From a virus, in IMG/VR virus record IMGVR_UViG_3300037089_000251, positions 32,001 through 96,000 of that record: DNA of 64,000 nt; one strand, written 5' to 3'. The notes under the pieces are model-generated. The model searched no databases. It was not told the DNA's origin and saw nothing but the letters and a program-made list of their open reading frames with translations. Numbering within the stretch: the stretch's first letter is position 1; every line of letters starts with the position of its first letter. The position numbers and the translations under genes were made by a program. Below, piece after piece: positions 44,834-55,400 of the stretch.

Positions 44834-45103
44834 ATGTTCGAGGGCTACTTCAACAACCGGCTGACGGACCTAACCCTCGTCAGCCGTAGGATTCTTGGGC
44901 GCTGGTTCCTGTGGGAGGTCCATACGGACGCCTGCACCTGCACCTACTGCACGGGCTACTGGGACTTCGACAAGTCCCAAAACGGCAAGGGGTGGCGTGG
45001 GTGCAGGTTCAAGATTATCCTCCCCGAAAGCTGGCGTCACGGCTGGAAGATACTTACCTTCCGAACCAACAACGCATACCAGCACTACCTGAGACTGGCA
45101 TGA
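44834..45103 (+). CDS. Hypothetical protein
   Basis: GAGGAG RBS; 89 aa. Confidence 0.55.
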   Translation: MFEGYFNNRLTDLTLVSRRILGRWFLWEVHTDACTCTYCTGYWDFDKSQNGKGWRGCRFKIILPESWRHGWKILTFRTNNAYQHYLRLA

Positions 45104-45699
45104 GACAATATCCCGAGATACCCGGAAGCTCCAAGGCACCCCTTGGAAAGCCTTGCATAGCCTTCTACAAATATGACGGCTCCAACCTGCGGTGGGAGTG
45201 GTCACCCAAGCGTGGGTGGTACAAGTTCGGGACCCGGACACAGCTTTTCGACCACACCGACCCCCTCTACGGTCAGGCCATTCCCATCTTCCTCGACACC
45301 ATGGGGGACGAGATTGCCCGGCGCTGCCGGAAGCTTGAGCGGGGCGTCCAGCGCATCATTGTCTTCACCGAGTTCTTCGGTCCCTCCAGCTTCGCCGGTC
45401 AGCACGTCGAGGCTGAGCCTAAAGAGCTTCGCCTCATCGACGCCAACCTCTTCAAGCGGGGCATCATGAAGCCCCGAATATTCTCCGACACCTTCGGTGA
45501 CCTTCCATACTGCGCACAGGTCGTCTACGAGGGGAACCTCAACCAGCCGTTCATAGAGGACGTGCGGGCGGGAAAGTATCCCGTGTGGGAGGGGGTCGTG
45601 GCCAAGGGCGACGACTTCATGGTGAAGATAAAGACCAAGGCGTACTTCGACAAGCTCATCGAGGTCTACAAAACCGAATATCGGCGGTATTGGGAATAG
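45100..45699 (+). CDS. RNA-ligase-like nucleotidyltransferase
   Basis: YPEI, KYDGSN (motif I), EFFG, EGVV.K and VKIK motifs. Confidence 0.7.
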   Translation: MRQYPEIPGSSKAPLGKPCIAFYKYDGSNLRWEWSPKRGWYKFGTRTQLFDHTDPLYGQAIPIFLDTMGDEIARRCRKLERGVQRIIVFTEFFGPSSFAGQHVEAEPKELRLIDANLFKRGIMKPRIFSDTFGDLPYCAQVVYEGNLNQPFIEDVRAGKYPVWEGVVAKGDDFMVKIKTKAYFDKLIEVYKTEYRRYWE

Positions 45700-45709
45700 A
45701 GAGGTCATC

Positions 45710-46105
45710 ATGGAAAAGCACTTCGTCACGTTCTATAGCCCCGGCACCTTCGTGGCCGAGGAAAGCTCTACTCCCATGGATAGCTGGGATGTGGATGCCG
45801 CCAAGAAGGCGGCGACCAAAATCAAGGAGCGGCACGGTGCCGTGCCCTATGGTTTCAGGTTCACTACCCGGAGCCGGGGGGAAGAAGACCTTGACTCCAA
45901 GGTCACCAAGACGAGTCCGTTCTATTTCCTCGGCGGAAGGGTCGAGACTCTCGCCCAGGTCAAGGCACGGGCGACCTCCAACGACAGCATCCTCGTCAGC
46001 AACATGGAATGCAACAAGTTCAAGAGAATAATCACCAACAGCAACTCGGGATGGTCATGGACCCAGCCCTTGGAGGACACGGATATCGTGCTGGACTGGC
46101 CATGA
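45710..46105 (+). CDS. Hypothetical protein
   Basis: GAGG RBS; FYSPGTFVAE...ERHGA.PYGFRF. Confidence 0.65.
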   Translation: MEKHFVTFYSPGTFVAEESSTPMDSWDVDAAKKAATKIKERHGAVPYGFRFTTRSRGEEDLDSKVTKTSPFYFLGGRVETLAQVKARATSNDSILVSNMECNKFKRIITNSNSGWSWTQPLEDTDIVLDWP

Positions 46106-46115
46106 GGGAGGCTTG

Positions 46116-46451
46116 ATGGGTTGGATAGGCGTTGATTTAGATGGCACACTGGCGGACATGAGCAAGCCGCCGATTCCTGGAACCAATATTGGTCCACCGA
46201 TTGAAAAAATGGTACAGCGTATCCGCAAGTGGATTGCGGAGGGCAAAGAGGTTCGTATCGTCACGGCTCGGGTGGGGTGGAACCGGGACCAAGTCCCGAT
46301 GATTCAGTGGTACATACGGGCTTGCGGGGTCACGGACAAGGAACTTGCCATAACCGCATCCAAGGACTACGACATGGAGTATCTCTGGGACGACCGGGCA
46401 ATCCAGATAGTAACCAACACCGGAGACAGGGCGGACGGGCTGGAGGACTAG
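46116..46451 (+). CDS. HAD-family phosphatase (PNK 3'-phosphatase-like)
   Basis: VDLDGTLA...IVTAR...K......DDRA. Confidence 0.75.
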   Translation: MGWIGVDLDGTLADMSKPPIPGTNIGPPIEKMVQRIRKWIAEGKEVRIVTARVGWNRDQVPMIQWYIRACGVTDKELAITASKDYDMEYLWDDRAIQIVTNTGDRADGLED

Positions 46452-46676
46452 ATGAGGATAGCCATGCGTGCCCCCGAGGGGCATTTCATACAGGACAGGC
46501 TCAAGAGGGTGACCTTGGAGGCAGAGAACCCCGCCGATGAGGAGACCCTCGTGTCCATCATGAGGATGATTCAGGCATTCCCTATCGGCAAGCTCAACAA
46601 GGCTGCCAAGAAAAACACAGAAGACCTGCCTGTAGTCGAATCTGATATCATGGAATGGGCTAACAAGGAAGGCTAG
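46452..46676 (+). CDS. Hypothetical protein
   Basis: GGAGG RBS; last gene of the + strand run. Confidence 0.55.
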   Translation: MRIAMRAPEGHFIQDRLKRVTLEAENPADEETLVSIMRMIQAFPIGKLNKAAKKNTEDLPVVESDIMEWANKEG

Positions 46677-48337
46677 GTATAAGACTCAAGGAACCCAGTG
46701 GCCCCGAAGGCTCTCACCCTCGGGGTCATCGTTATTTTGGGGGCCGTGACGGTTGCGGTCTCGATTATCTCAAGGTTCACCAGCCGGGTGACCAGCGGGA
46801 CAAACACCTTCCAGTCAGCCATCGCCGATATGCTCAGGGTATAGACGAACTGCGGGGCGGTGCCGGACTGGTCACGCTGCGCTCCGATGTAAGAGCGGCT
46901 CGCCTCAAACAGGGTTATCCCGTCCGCCTCCATGTTCGTCCGCCTCATGATGAGAAGCTGCTGGCGTAGCATCTCGCTGAGGTCCGAGGCGGTCTGGAGG
47001 TCGTTCGCCCGGCAGTCAACAGTGAAGTTCAGGTTCTCCTTGCTCCCGTACACCTCGTAGGTTTCGCACACCGTAGGAGACACGATGATGGCCACTTGGT
47101 CGTCCTTGAACACGTTGTCCCCGATGGCAAGCCTGAGACCAGGAATGATGTTCTGGTTAAGGTTGTACTTCTTGGCCACAGCCTTCGCTACACCGGCATC
47201 CACCCGCATTTCCCACCGCAGCCATTGCCCCGGCATGAGCAGGGTCGGGAGCGTCACTGTCCCGTCGCTGCTTACAATAGCCGTCGTGGAGCTTCCCGAC
47301 GAGGTCTGGATGAAGACTTGGTTGGGGGCGAGGGTCTCCCCCGGAGCCACCCCCACCTGTAGGATGTCCTCGGGGTTGGTGCCTATCGCTGCCGTGGGGT
47401 CAACCTTCACGACGAGGTGCGCCGTCAAGGTCTGCCCGGCAGGCGTCCACTCGGAAAGCTCCAGCCAGTCGTTCGAGGCATACCATGTGAAGTCCTTTCC
47501 GGGGACAAGCTGGTAGCCTGTGTCGTCCGTCAGGGTGAACGATATCATGGTCTGGATGGTCTGTGGCGGGCTGGTGGGCACTACCGTGCGCCCCACCGGT
47601 ATGCCGACTATCTCCCTTCCCCCCACCGTGCTCGGGCACACCACCTCTTCAACCGTCTGCTGATACCAATAATCCACCAGGGGAACCAAGGGCGTGGGCG
47701 GCGACCCGGACAGCAGTATCAGTCCGGCCGGTGTAGGGGTGAGGAGGTATATCTGCTCCGGGGACAAAAGCATGTCTATGGGGATGGGGGGGCTGCTGCC
47801 TACGGTCGTGGGGTATGTCCCGTCGTTTACGAAGGTCACCAGGTCAACGGGAGGGCTGTTCTCCCCCTCGATATAGCCGGACAGCGCAGTGCCGTCTATA
47901 CCTGGAGCGAGATACACCACCGAACCCTTGGCATTGGATACCTTGCCTTCCTTCCACCGGAAGGTCTGGATGGTCAGGGCTACATCCCTTGTCTGCTCGT
48001 CCACGGAGTCCACATTGAGGTAGTACACGCCGGATACGGGCGTTTTCCGAGTGGCGTCAACCTCCTGCACCCACTCGATGAACTGCCCCTCCTTGCTCTG
48101 AATCTTGGCGAGGATGGCACGACCATAGTCCTTGCAGATGAAGTAGTCGGGGGAGAGGCGGTTGCCCGAGGAGGTCACGTTCTTGATGTTGACCTGGGCG
48201 TCCTTCCACTGGATAAGGTTGTTGAATTGGGAGGATACTTCGCCCAAGGTACTGCGGAACCGTGGGCTGCGGCTGACGGCGTCTTCGATAACCCTGCGGA
48301 TATAGGCAATGAGATTCCCGCCCGTGAGGTCAAGCAT
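46673..48337 (-). CDS. Putative virion structural protein (tail completion-like)
   Basis: 554 aa, beta-rich; GGGAG RBS; in the neck cluster. Confidence 0.5.
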   Translation of the reverse strand: MLDLTGGNLIAYIRRVIEDAVSRSPRFRSTLGEVSSQFNNLIQWKDAQVNIKNVTSSGNRLSPDYFICKDYGRAILAKIQSKEGQFIEWVQEVDATRKTPVSGVYYLNVDSVDEQTRDVALTIQTFRWKEGKVSNAKGSVVYLAPGIDGTALSGYIEGENSPPVDLVTFVNDGTYPTTVGSSPPIPIDMLLSPEQIYLLTPTPAGLILLSGSPPTPLVPLVDYWYQQTVEEVVCPSTVGGREIVGIPVGRTVVPTSPPQTIQTMISFTLTDDTGYQLVPGKDFTWYASNDWLELSEWTPAGQTLTAHLVVKVDPTAAIGTNPEDILQVGVAPGETLAPNQVFIQTSSGSSTTAIVSSDGTVTLPTLLMPGQWLRWEMRVDAGVAKAVAKKYNLNQNIIPGLRLAIGDNVFKDDQVAIIVSPTVCETYEVYGSKENLNFTVDCRANDLQTASDLSEMLRQQLLIMRRTNMEADGITLFEASRSYIGAQRDQSGTAPQFVYTLSISAMADWKVFVPLVTRLVNLEIIETATVTAPKITMTPRVRAFGATGFLESYT

Positions 48338-48421
48338 CGTGTCTCCCTATGAGTTTCGGCTACCAAGCCGCCGAACAGGCTCTATAATCCAATCCCATAG
48401 GCGGGAACCTGCGAGTTTAGC

Positions 48422-48646
48422 TTACAGCTTCGCTTTGATGGCGGCGATGACCTTCTTGGCGTCCGTCTCGGCGGCGGTCTCAAGCTTGGTGACCTCGGCT
48501 TTGACCTCGGCGAGAACCTTCTCCGCCTCGGGCTTTACCTTGGCTGCTTCAGTGGAGGCAAAAAGCTTTGCCTTCGCCCACCACCCGGTCAGGATGGCCA
48601 CGAGATGGCTGATGGTCAGCCCCGCTACGATGGTTGATACTACCAT
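48422..48646 (-). CDS. Small membrane-anchored protein
   Basis: N-terminal hydrophobic helix with Ala/Lys/Glu tail; AAGGAG RBS. Confidence 0.6.
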   Translation of the reverse strand: MVVSTIVAGLTISHLVAILTGWWAKAKLFASTEAAKVKPEAEKVLAEVKAEVTKLETAAETDAKKVIAAIKAKL

Positions 48647-48681
48647 GGTGTTTCTCCTTTTGACTCTTCTCTGCCGAACTC

Positions 48682-49203
48682 TTACCAGCTACTTCCCCGA
48701 CTGACCTCGTTGTCGTCGGTAAGCTTGTCGATGTCCCCCTTGTTGCTGTCCTTGTCCATTATCTTGACGGGCAGGGCGGCATAATCGACACCGGGCGGCG
48801 GGGGCGGAACAGTCTGGGTGACAGGCTCAATCCACTGGTGGATGGAGCGCCGGATGTCCCCGATGGACACATAGGCGTGTATCCTCGGGTACCAGCGGTT
48901 CTCGATTTCAATCTGGTCTGGGGAACTGTACTCAAGGATATTCCACTCGGAGCCGTCGTTTGCCTGGAAGGTTGCCCAAGGCATCAGGTAGGCAAAGAAA
49001 ATCTCGTCCCCCTCAATCGGCGACAGGGGGTTGGGCATCTGCATGGTTCCGGGATTGGGCTTGAACTGGGCGAAGGTGGAGGTACGCACATCCAAGGGGT
49101 CGCCCACGATGGCCTGAAGCTCCTGGTCATCGTTCGGATGGTCTGCCTCGCACAGGACCCCGGCAGTCTTTGCCAATGCATCGGTAAGCTCGGTTACGTT
49201 CAT
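48682..49203 (-). CDS. Hypothetical protein
   Basis: GAGG RBS; 173 aa. Confidence 0.6.
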   Translation of the reverse strand: MNVTELTDALAKTAGVLCEADHPNDDQELQAIVGDPLDVRTSTFAQFKPNPGTMQMPNPLSPIEGDEIFFAYLMPWATFQANDGSEWNILEYSSPDQIEIENRWYPRIHAYVSIGDIRRSIHQWIEPVTQTVPPPPPGVDYAALPVKIMDKDSNKGDIDKLTDDNEVSRGSSW

Positions 49204-49260
49204 AGCGGTTCCTCTCTTAAGGCTTGAATAGTTCTGTTTCGGGGTTGTTTCCCCGCTTTG

Positions 49261-50604
49261 CTACTGCGGCCTCTTCACCAAGTCGAGGGGCGACCCCAGT
49301 ATGCGCCCGAAGGACACGGTGCGCCCGATGGGAACTACCGACTTGTTCTCCCATGGCTCCTTGTTCGGCTCTTCCCTCACGTCCACCAGAGGCTCCCCGT
49401 CTCCCTTGAGGTGATGCGGGTCGATGCCTTGGTCGGGGTTGTTCCTGATAATAGGGTCGAAGAGCGTGGGCAGCCCCGTCTGGATGGGGATGAGGTAACG
49501 GGTATCCCCTTCCTTGAGAAGCTCCACCCCGAAGTCCTGCTGGAGGAGGACGCCACGGGGGTTCTTGTAGGTGACCCCATGGATGACCAAGCGCTCCCCG
49601 TTCCTGCGGATGAGAAGGTCCCCGTCCTGCACGATGGGCGTGTTGGTGAGGAAGCTGCGGCTCTCCCGTGAGGTCTTGATGCCCCCGCCCTCGTCAATCT
49701 CACGCACCAAGGCGGTGTCGGGGGGGATGTAGAGGAGGTCGTAGGGACCATAGTAACCGCCCACCACGCCAGTCTCGTAGCAGGATGGGCATCCGTGCCT
49801 CGGCGTCCCGAGACCCGCCTCCGGGCGGATACACCCGCAAGGCTCCCCTCTCGTCCTGCGGAACATGATGTAGGCAGGCTCGCCGGTCTGCTCAAATATC
49901 CACTGGTTGCGGTTCACCATCTCGGCGAACTCCCAAGTGAGGTTGTCCACCTCCTGCGTGTTGACTATCTTGCTGCGGTCGGCACCCGGCTTGTGCAGTT
50001 CCCCATGCTCCCCCACGCCCACGACGGTATAGAACTGCCTCGCCATGGAGGTGTAGATGTCCACGAAGTTGGCCAGCCGCTTGAACTTCACCCTGACCTC
50101 CACGACGGCGGCGTAGTTGGCTTGGCTGACATTGCCGCTGGAAACCTGGGCCGTGTCCGAAACCGCCCCGCCCTGTGCTAGGCTGTTGTCGGCGGGGAGC
50201 CAGACGGTCTGGTCCAAGGCAATGACCGATATCGGCCGGAGGTCCACGATGTTGTTGCCGATGTCAACCATGGATATCCTGACATCGTCCGGGCTGGTGG
50301 CCACCTTGGGGCGGAAGTGGACAACGTCGGAGTAGGGGATGTCCGGGAGCTTGAAGCCCCACCTGCCCAACTCACCCCTCTCCACCCAGTCAACATCCTT
50401 GACGATGTACTCCACCTCTTCCAAGGCTGCCTGGTCTCTCCAGAAGTGCCCCCTCCACAGGAAGTTGTTTAATTTCTTCCAGTTGCTAGGGTGGTCATAG
50501 GCACGGTAGATATTGTACCCCTTGGTCGCCTCCGGGTCGTCAACCCACCAGAGGTCCCGGGACCCGACATAGCTCGAATTGAGAACGAGAAGCTCATTTA
50601 CCAT
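49261..50604 (-). CDS. Putative neck / head-completion protein
   Basis: GE......R...G..C.C...C..CY.TG..GGY motif; position next to the sheath. Confidence 0.5.
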   Translation of the reverse strand: MVNELLVLNSSYVGSRDLWWVDDPEATKGYNIYRAYDHPSNWKKLNNFLWRGHFWRDQAALEEVEYIVKDVDWVERGELGRWGFKLPDIPYSDVVHFRPKVATSPDDVRISMVDIGNNIVDLRPISVIALDQTVWLPADNSLAQGGAVSDTAQVSSGNVSQANYAAVVEVRVKFKRLANFVDIYTSMARQFYTVVGVGEHGELHKPGADRSKIVNTQEVDNLTWEFAEMVNRNQWIFEQTGEPAYIMFRRTRGEPCGCIRPEAGLGTPRHGCPSCYETGVVGGYYGPYDLLYIPPDTALVREIDEGGGIKTSRESRSFLTNTPIVQDGDLLIRRNGERLVIHGVTYKNPRGVLLQQDFGVELLKEGDTRYLIPIQTGLPTLFDPIIRNNPDQGIDPHHLKGDGEPLVDVREEPNKEPWENKSVVPIGRTVSFGRILGSPLDLVKRPQ

Positions 50605-50605
50605 A

Positions 50606-50875
50606 TTATACCTGAGGGAAACGCAGCTTTAACTGGGGACTCTTGGATACAAATTCCCAGATAGCCTGCCTGCTTATGCCCAGTCTTTTAGATGCTTCGC
50701 TGTAGTTGTCCCCTGAAGCCTCCAAGGCATCCCATATGAGGGCGTTTTTGACCTTCTTCAGGAACTCCAAGAGGTTGAAGCCCGGCTCTGGAATAGGCAA
50801 TGCCCCAAGGAAAGATTCCATGTTGAAGTTTGCCCGCTTGGATAAGGGGGCATGGAGAAATTCGCTGGAAAACAT
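50606..50875 (-). CDS. Fis-type HTH DNA-binding protein
   Basis: LI.DALEASGDNYSEASKRLGISRQAI. Confidence 0.75.
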   Translation of the reverse strand: MFSSEFLHAPLSKRANFNMESFLGALPIPEPGFNLLEFLKKVKNALIWDALEASGDNYSEASKRLGISRQAIWEFVSKSPQLKLRFPQV

Positions 50876-50889
50876 GTAACCTCCTCCTT

Positions 50890-51813
50890 TTAACCCAACA
50901 GCCAGCGCTGCTGCCTGAGACCGGCGCTATACGGACGGATGGCCGTAACCAAGGGTGCCATCTCCGTGAACTCCTGCCCGTAGCTCTGAGCCAACGACAA
51001 GTAAAGGGACGACTTATTGATATCCAAGCTGACCCCGTTCAGGCTGTAGCTGAACTCGTCGGCCGCCCACCGGGCGCTCTCCCCGGTCAGGCAAGAGGAC
51101 GCTGCACCGATGGCGGCAATCCTCCCCCAGTCCACCGGGATGGTGTCGAGGGTGTAGTTGGTGATGTTCTTGGGATTGTACCAGTTGAGCTTGGAGATGT
51201 TAATGTCCAGCATCCTCAGAACGGTGGGGTCGAGCCAGATGTACCCAACCCGGCTGGTATACCCTGCGACCACCTTGCCCGGCGTGGGGGGGCGGAAATG
51301 GTAGTTGCGGTCGGGATTGGTGTCGGAGAGTAGCTCCCGGACATACATGATGGCTGGGGCGTACTTGTTGGTGGTTATTGGGCGCTGGGCGATGATGGTG
51401 CTGGGTGCCTCGAACGCCGAGTCGGCCGGGTCGATGGTCTGGACGACGAAGTCCTCGTAAACTCGGTTCTCGGGCTGCCCGGAATACTGCACGATATACC
51501 ACACGAGCCTGTAAACGCCCTTCCAGAGCGTCGGAACCGTCATGTTGACCCAGTATGCCCCGGCGCTCGACCGGCAGGGCACCAGCTTCGGCTGGCTCAC
51601 GAGGACAAGGTCGCTCTCGGGGAGCATCCGCATATGGTTCGGCTGCTCCAGGTCAAAGTCGTATGCCCGCTGCCCTGCGGTGGGCACCTTCTCGCTAATC
51701 TGGAAGATTGAGTAGCAGATGATGGCGGGGTCAATCAATGCCCCGTTGGCGTCCCGGATGAGGATGCTAAGGTCCCCCGGTCCCAGCTTTTTCCCCTGTG
51801 TCAGCGTAATCAT
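50890..51813 (-). CDS. Putative head-tail adaptor / neck protein
   Basis: VRELLSD.NPDRNYHFRPP...DEFSYS..GVSLDI.KS..Y; position in the neck cluster. Confidence 0.5.
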   Translation of the reverse strand: MITLTQGKKLGPGDLSILIRDANGALIDPAIICYSIFQISEKVPTAGQRAYDFDLEQPNHMRMLPESDLVLVSQPKLVPCRSSAGAYWVNMTVPTLWKGVYRLVWYIVQYSGQPENRVYEDFVVQTIDPADSAFEAPSTIIAQRPITTNKYAPAIMYVRELLSDTNPDRNYHFRPPTPGKVVAGYTSRVGYIWLDPTVLRMLDINISKLNWYNPKNITNYTLDTIPVDWGRIAAIGAASSCLTGESARWAADEFSYSLNGVSLDINKSSLYLSLAQSYGQEFTEMAPLVTAIRPYSAGLRQQRWLLG

Positions 51814-51868
51814 GGCTTCTCCTGCCTAAAGAAACAGGTAGTCGTTCCTCCAGCCCAAAGCACAAAAT

Positions 51869-51892
51869 GACTATGACTTCTACTTTATAGGG
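51869..51892 (+). promoter_or_regulatory. Candidate late-promoter motif RACTW-N(9-13)-TA (representative copy)
   Basis: GACTATGACTTCTACTTTATAGGG; near-identical to 16852 and similar to 42752, 13783, 14720, 52363, 58542 and minus-strand copies near 30020, 49237 and 51843. Confidence 0.5.
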
Positions 51893-51939
51893 ACTCGGCA
51901 GAGCCAATAACCCGCCTGAGAGGCGGATGAAGGGAAGTC

Positions 51940-52329
51940 ATGGCAATCTATGCGTTCAAGTGCCCCGTATGCGGGGCGGTTTTGGAAGAGCTAATGCCGA
52001 TGGACAAGGCCACCTTCGAGGACCGCCCTTGTCCGCATCCCAAATGCCTCGGATATTGCGTCTACCAGCTAAAAGGCGCACCCGCCGTTGCCACCGCCAA
52101 CATGTCCAACCCTACCTTTGATGTGGTCGTGGGTGTGGACGCAGAGAAGCGCTGGAAGCAAATCAAGGAACGTCAAGCAGTTAGGGATAAGATTCGGAAG
52201 GAGACAGGCCAGAAGGCTCTCATCGCAACCAGCCACGAGGCCTATCGAGTCCTGCCGGGAACGAAGCTCCGGGAAGTGGTAATCCCGGAAAAAGTACAGG
52301 AGCCGGTTTTGTCCGGTTTGGCAAAATAG
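51940..52329 (+). CDS. FmdB-family zinc-ribbon protein
   Basis: MAIYAFKCPVCG...E......CP..C. Confidence 0.7.
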   Translation: MAIYAFKCPVCGAVLEELMPMDKATFEDRPCPHPKCLGYCVYQLKGAPAVATANMSNPTFDVVVGVDAEKRWKQIKERQAVRDKIRKETGQKALIATSHEAYRVLPGTKLREVVIPEKVQEPVLSGLAK

Positions 52330-52428
52330 GCTACGTTGGGAGCATAAAGGGGGTAGCAAATTGACTTCCATCCCCCTAAATGAGAGGAACTAAACGAGCG
52401 GCGACTCGCCGTCAGAGGAGACAAGAAC

Positions 52429-55400
52429 ATGGCACTATTTGGGTCATACGCACCTCCAGGGGTTTACACCACGGTACAGATTGCAGGAGCAGGGCAGCCC
52501 CTTTTCGGGAACGCTCGTATTCCGGTAATCATCGGCGAGGGTCAGGAGTTTTTCGAGCAGGACAACGTCGAACTCTTCCGTGGCTCGACCGCCAACTCTG
52601 ACGAGCAGGTGGTGAACGAGAACATCTCCGACCAGGTGGTCGCCATCACCAACGAGTTCCACACCACTTACTTCCCCGTGACCGATGGGTCCGGCAAGGG
52701 CGTGGTTTCCAACGACCCGAGCAAGGTGCAGATTGTCGTGGACGGTATCCCCGGCACGGTCATCTCCTTGGATGGAGCGACCGGAGACTTTACCACGCAG
52801 GAGCTTGTCACTCCGGGACAGAACGTGGAAATCAGCTACTTCTTCCAGCGGATTGACACGCTCGTCACCAACGAGGATGTCTCCGACCAAGTCCCCAGCT
52901 TTGCCACCCTCAAGATTTTTGACACGGACGGCAACTGGAGCGTCATCAGTACCTCGCTTCCCGGCATCACTGGCAATGCCGTAACCATCTCCATCACGGA
53001 CGCCAGCCTCCTCTCGCCTCCGGGACCCGGCGTGCTCGACACGCAGGCGGTCAGCGGAGTGGGCACGGACCATATCTCCATCGAAATCCTTAAGACCACC
53101 TCTTCCGGCTCGCCCCCGACTCAGGACAAGCGCACCCTTGAGGATATCTTCAATCTCGTGGCGGCAGGCATCCCCACCCTTGATGCCGGGTATCTGACGG
53201 CGACCACCCCCGGTGGCGGCTCCCCTCCGACCCTGACTCCCGCAGTGCCCATCGTGGCGACCAACCTGTTCGGCGGCCTCGGACCCAACACCAACAAGGT
53301 GTTCAAGGTAGAACGGGTGCCCATCGTGGACGGAACCAACGGCGGCGTCGTTACCACCGACCCGACCAAGGTGACTGTACTGGTCAACGGGAACAAGGTT
53401 TCGGTATCGGCCGTTGACGGTCAGACCGGCTACATCACCCTGACCAACCCGGTTGCGTTCCCCTCGACCGTGACCATCACCTACTGGACCAACACCTACC
53501 AGAACACCTTTGACCTCATCCCGGCGCAGAACGTGTCGGAAATCGTCAGGGTGGGTCTCGGCCCCAACCGCTCGGACTTCGTCCAGGACACGGACTATGT
53601 CCTCGGTAAGGACTCCTACGGGAACAGCATCATCAACTGGGGTGCCAGCACCACGACCGCAGTCGGGCTGGCCTCGTCCGGCTTCACGCCGTTCGGACCG
53701 ACCCAGATTCTCACCACGCTCGTTGACGAGCATGTCTACCTGCGCTCCTGCACGGGCGTGTCGAACGGTAAGAACCTTGTGTTCTCCGCCCCCGACGCCG
53801 TCACGGACGGAAGCGGGCTGAGCATCAACACCGACGACCCGACCAAGATTTCGGTCTATGTCGGCGTCAATCCCGTGGAAGCCTTGGCAGACGGGGCAGT
53901 CCGGGTCATCTCCCTCGCTGGAGACACCGGTAAGTTCACCCTGTACAATGCCCCCCTGACGGGCACCAACGTGTACGCCAGCTACTACCGCAACGCCCTC
54001 AACGACCACACCTACACGGCCACGGTTGTCAACCCCGGAATCTCCGGGCAAGGCACCTATACCCTGAAGGACGAGGTCGGACGGGTCCTGCCGGTAGTCA
54101 GCTTTGACCCCGCCCACAGCGTGGTAACCCAGTCCGGCGAGTTCGCCCAGACTGGCATCGTGTGGCCATTCGCCTTCCCCGACCTCTATGACTCGCCGGG
54201 TGAGGTGGACGAAACCGTGACCCTCACCTTCCAAGATGACGGGCTTACCAAGGATGTCAACCCCGGTGCGCAGGCCTACCTGAACACTCAGGGTCTCCTG
54301 TTCTTCGTCACCACCCCCGGTGTCGGCGGAGATGCCATCACGGTCGCCTTCAACAACACCGGAACCTTCGGGGTTGTCGTCACCGGAAACGCCATCGTCT
54401 TCAACGGCGTCACCACGACCAACCAAGTTGTCACCCTTGTCGGAGCGGGTCTCACGACCACCTTCGGCACGGTTCTTGTGCAACTCCTGACCGCTGGCTC
54501 CGTCTCCACCGCCGCCCCGCTCAACTTGGCGGGAGGCGTGGACCCCACTACCCCCGAGCCTTATGCCATCCGCTACCTCGTGACCTCCAGCAGCCCCAAG
54601 GGGTCCTCGGGACAGGGCTACCTCGACCAGACCTACATCGACCAGGACACGGGGTTGAAGTTCACCATCGTGGCCCCGGCCGACGCCCTGAGCTACGGCT
54701 ACCAGTCCCTCCCCACCCCGCAGTACACGTTCCAGCCGGGAGACACTCTGGTGTTTGTGGTCAGCAGCGAGCAGGCTCGCTTCACCGGGGCAACCTATGT
54801 CCCCTTCAGTGAGGCTCAGCAGAACAACCTCATCGCCATCGCCGGTCTCCACACCGAGGTCGTGACGACCTACGGTGCCAACGCCGGGGACACTGCGCTC
54901 ATCCAGACCTTCAACAAGTCCGGGAACGAGCCGCTGGTCGGGGAGTACTACTACATCTCCTTCCAGACCACCAAGCAGCCCTCCGACTTCGCCATCAAGA
55001 TGTACACCAAGGCGACGGATGCCTACAACGCCTACGGGCAGCCCAGCACCATCAACCGTGTATCTCTGGGTATCCAACTCATGACCCAGAACGGGGCGCA
55101 GCAGTTCGGCGTCGTGCAGGTGCCGAAGCAGCCTGGGCTTAACACCGCCACGGATGCCAGCTTCATCGCCGCCATCCAGACGCTCACCACGGCTCTGCCG
55201 GGGCTTAACACGAAGGCGAATGTCATCGTCCCCCTGAGCACCAGCACCACGGTGCAGCAGTTCCTCAGCCGCCAGTTGATTACGCAGGCGGGTCCGAGAA
55301 ACAAGGGCGAGGCAATCGGTTTCGTCGGCTACAGCACCTTCACGGGCTTCCAGCAGGCGATAGCCAATGCCCAGAGCCTCAAGAGTTCCCGCATGATTGC

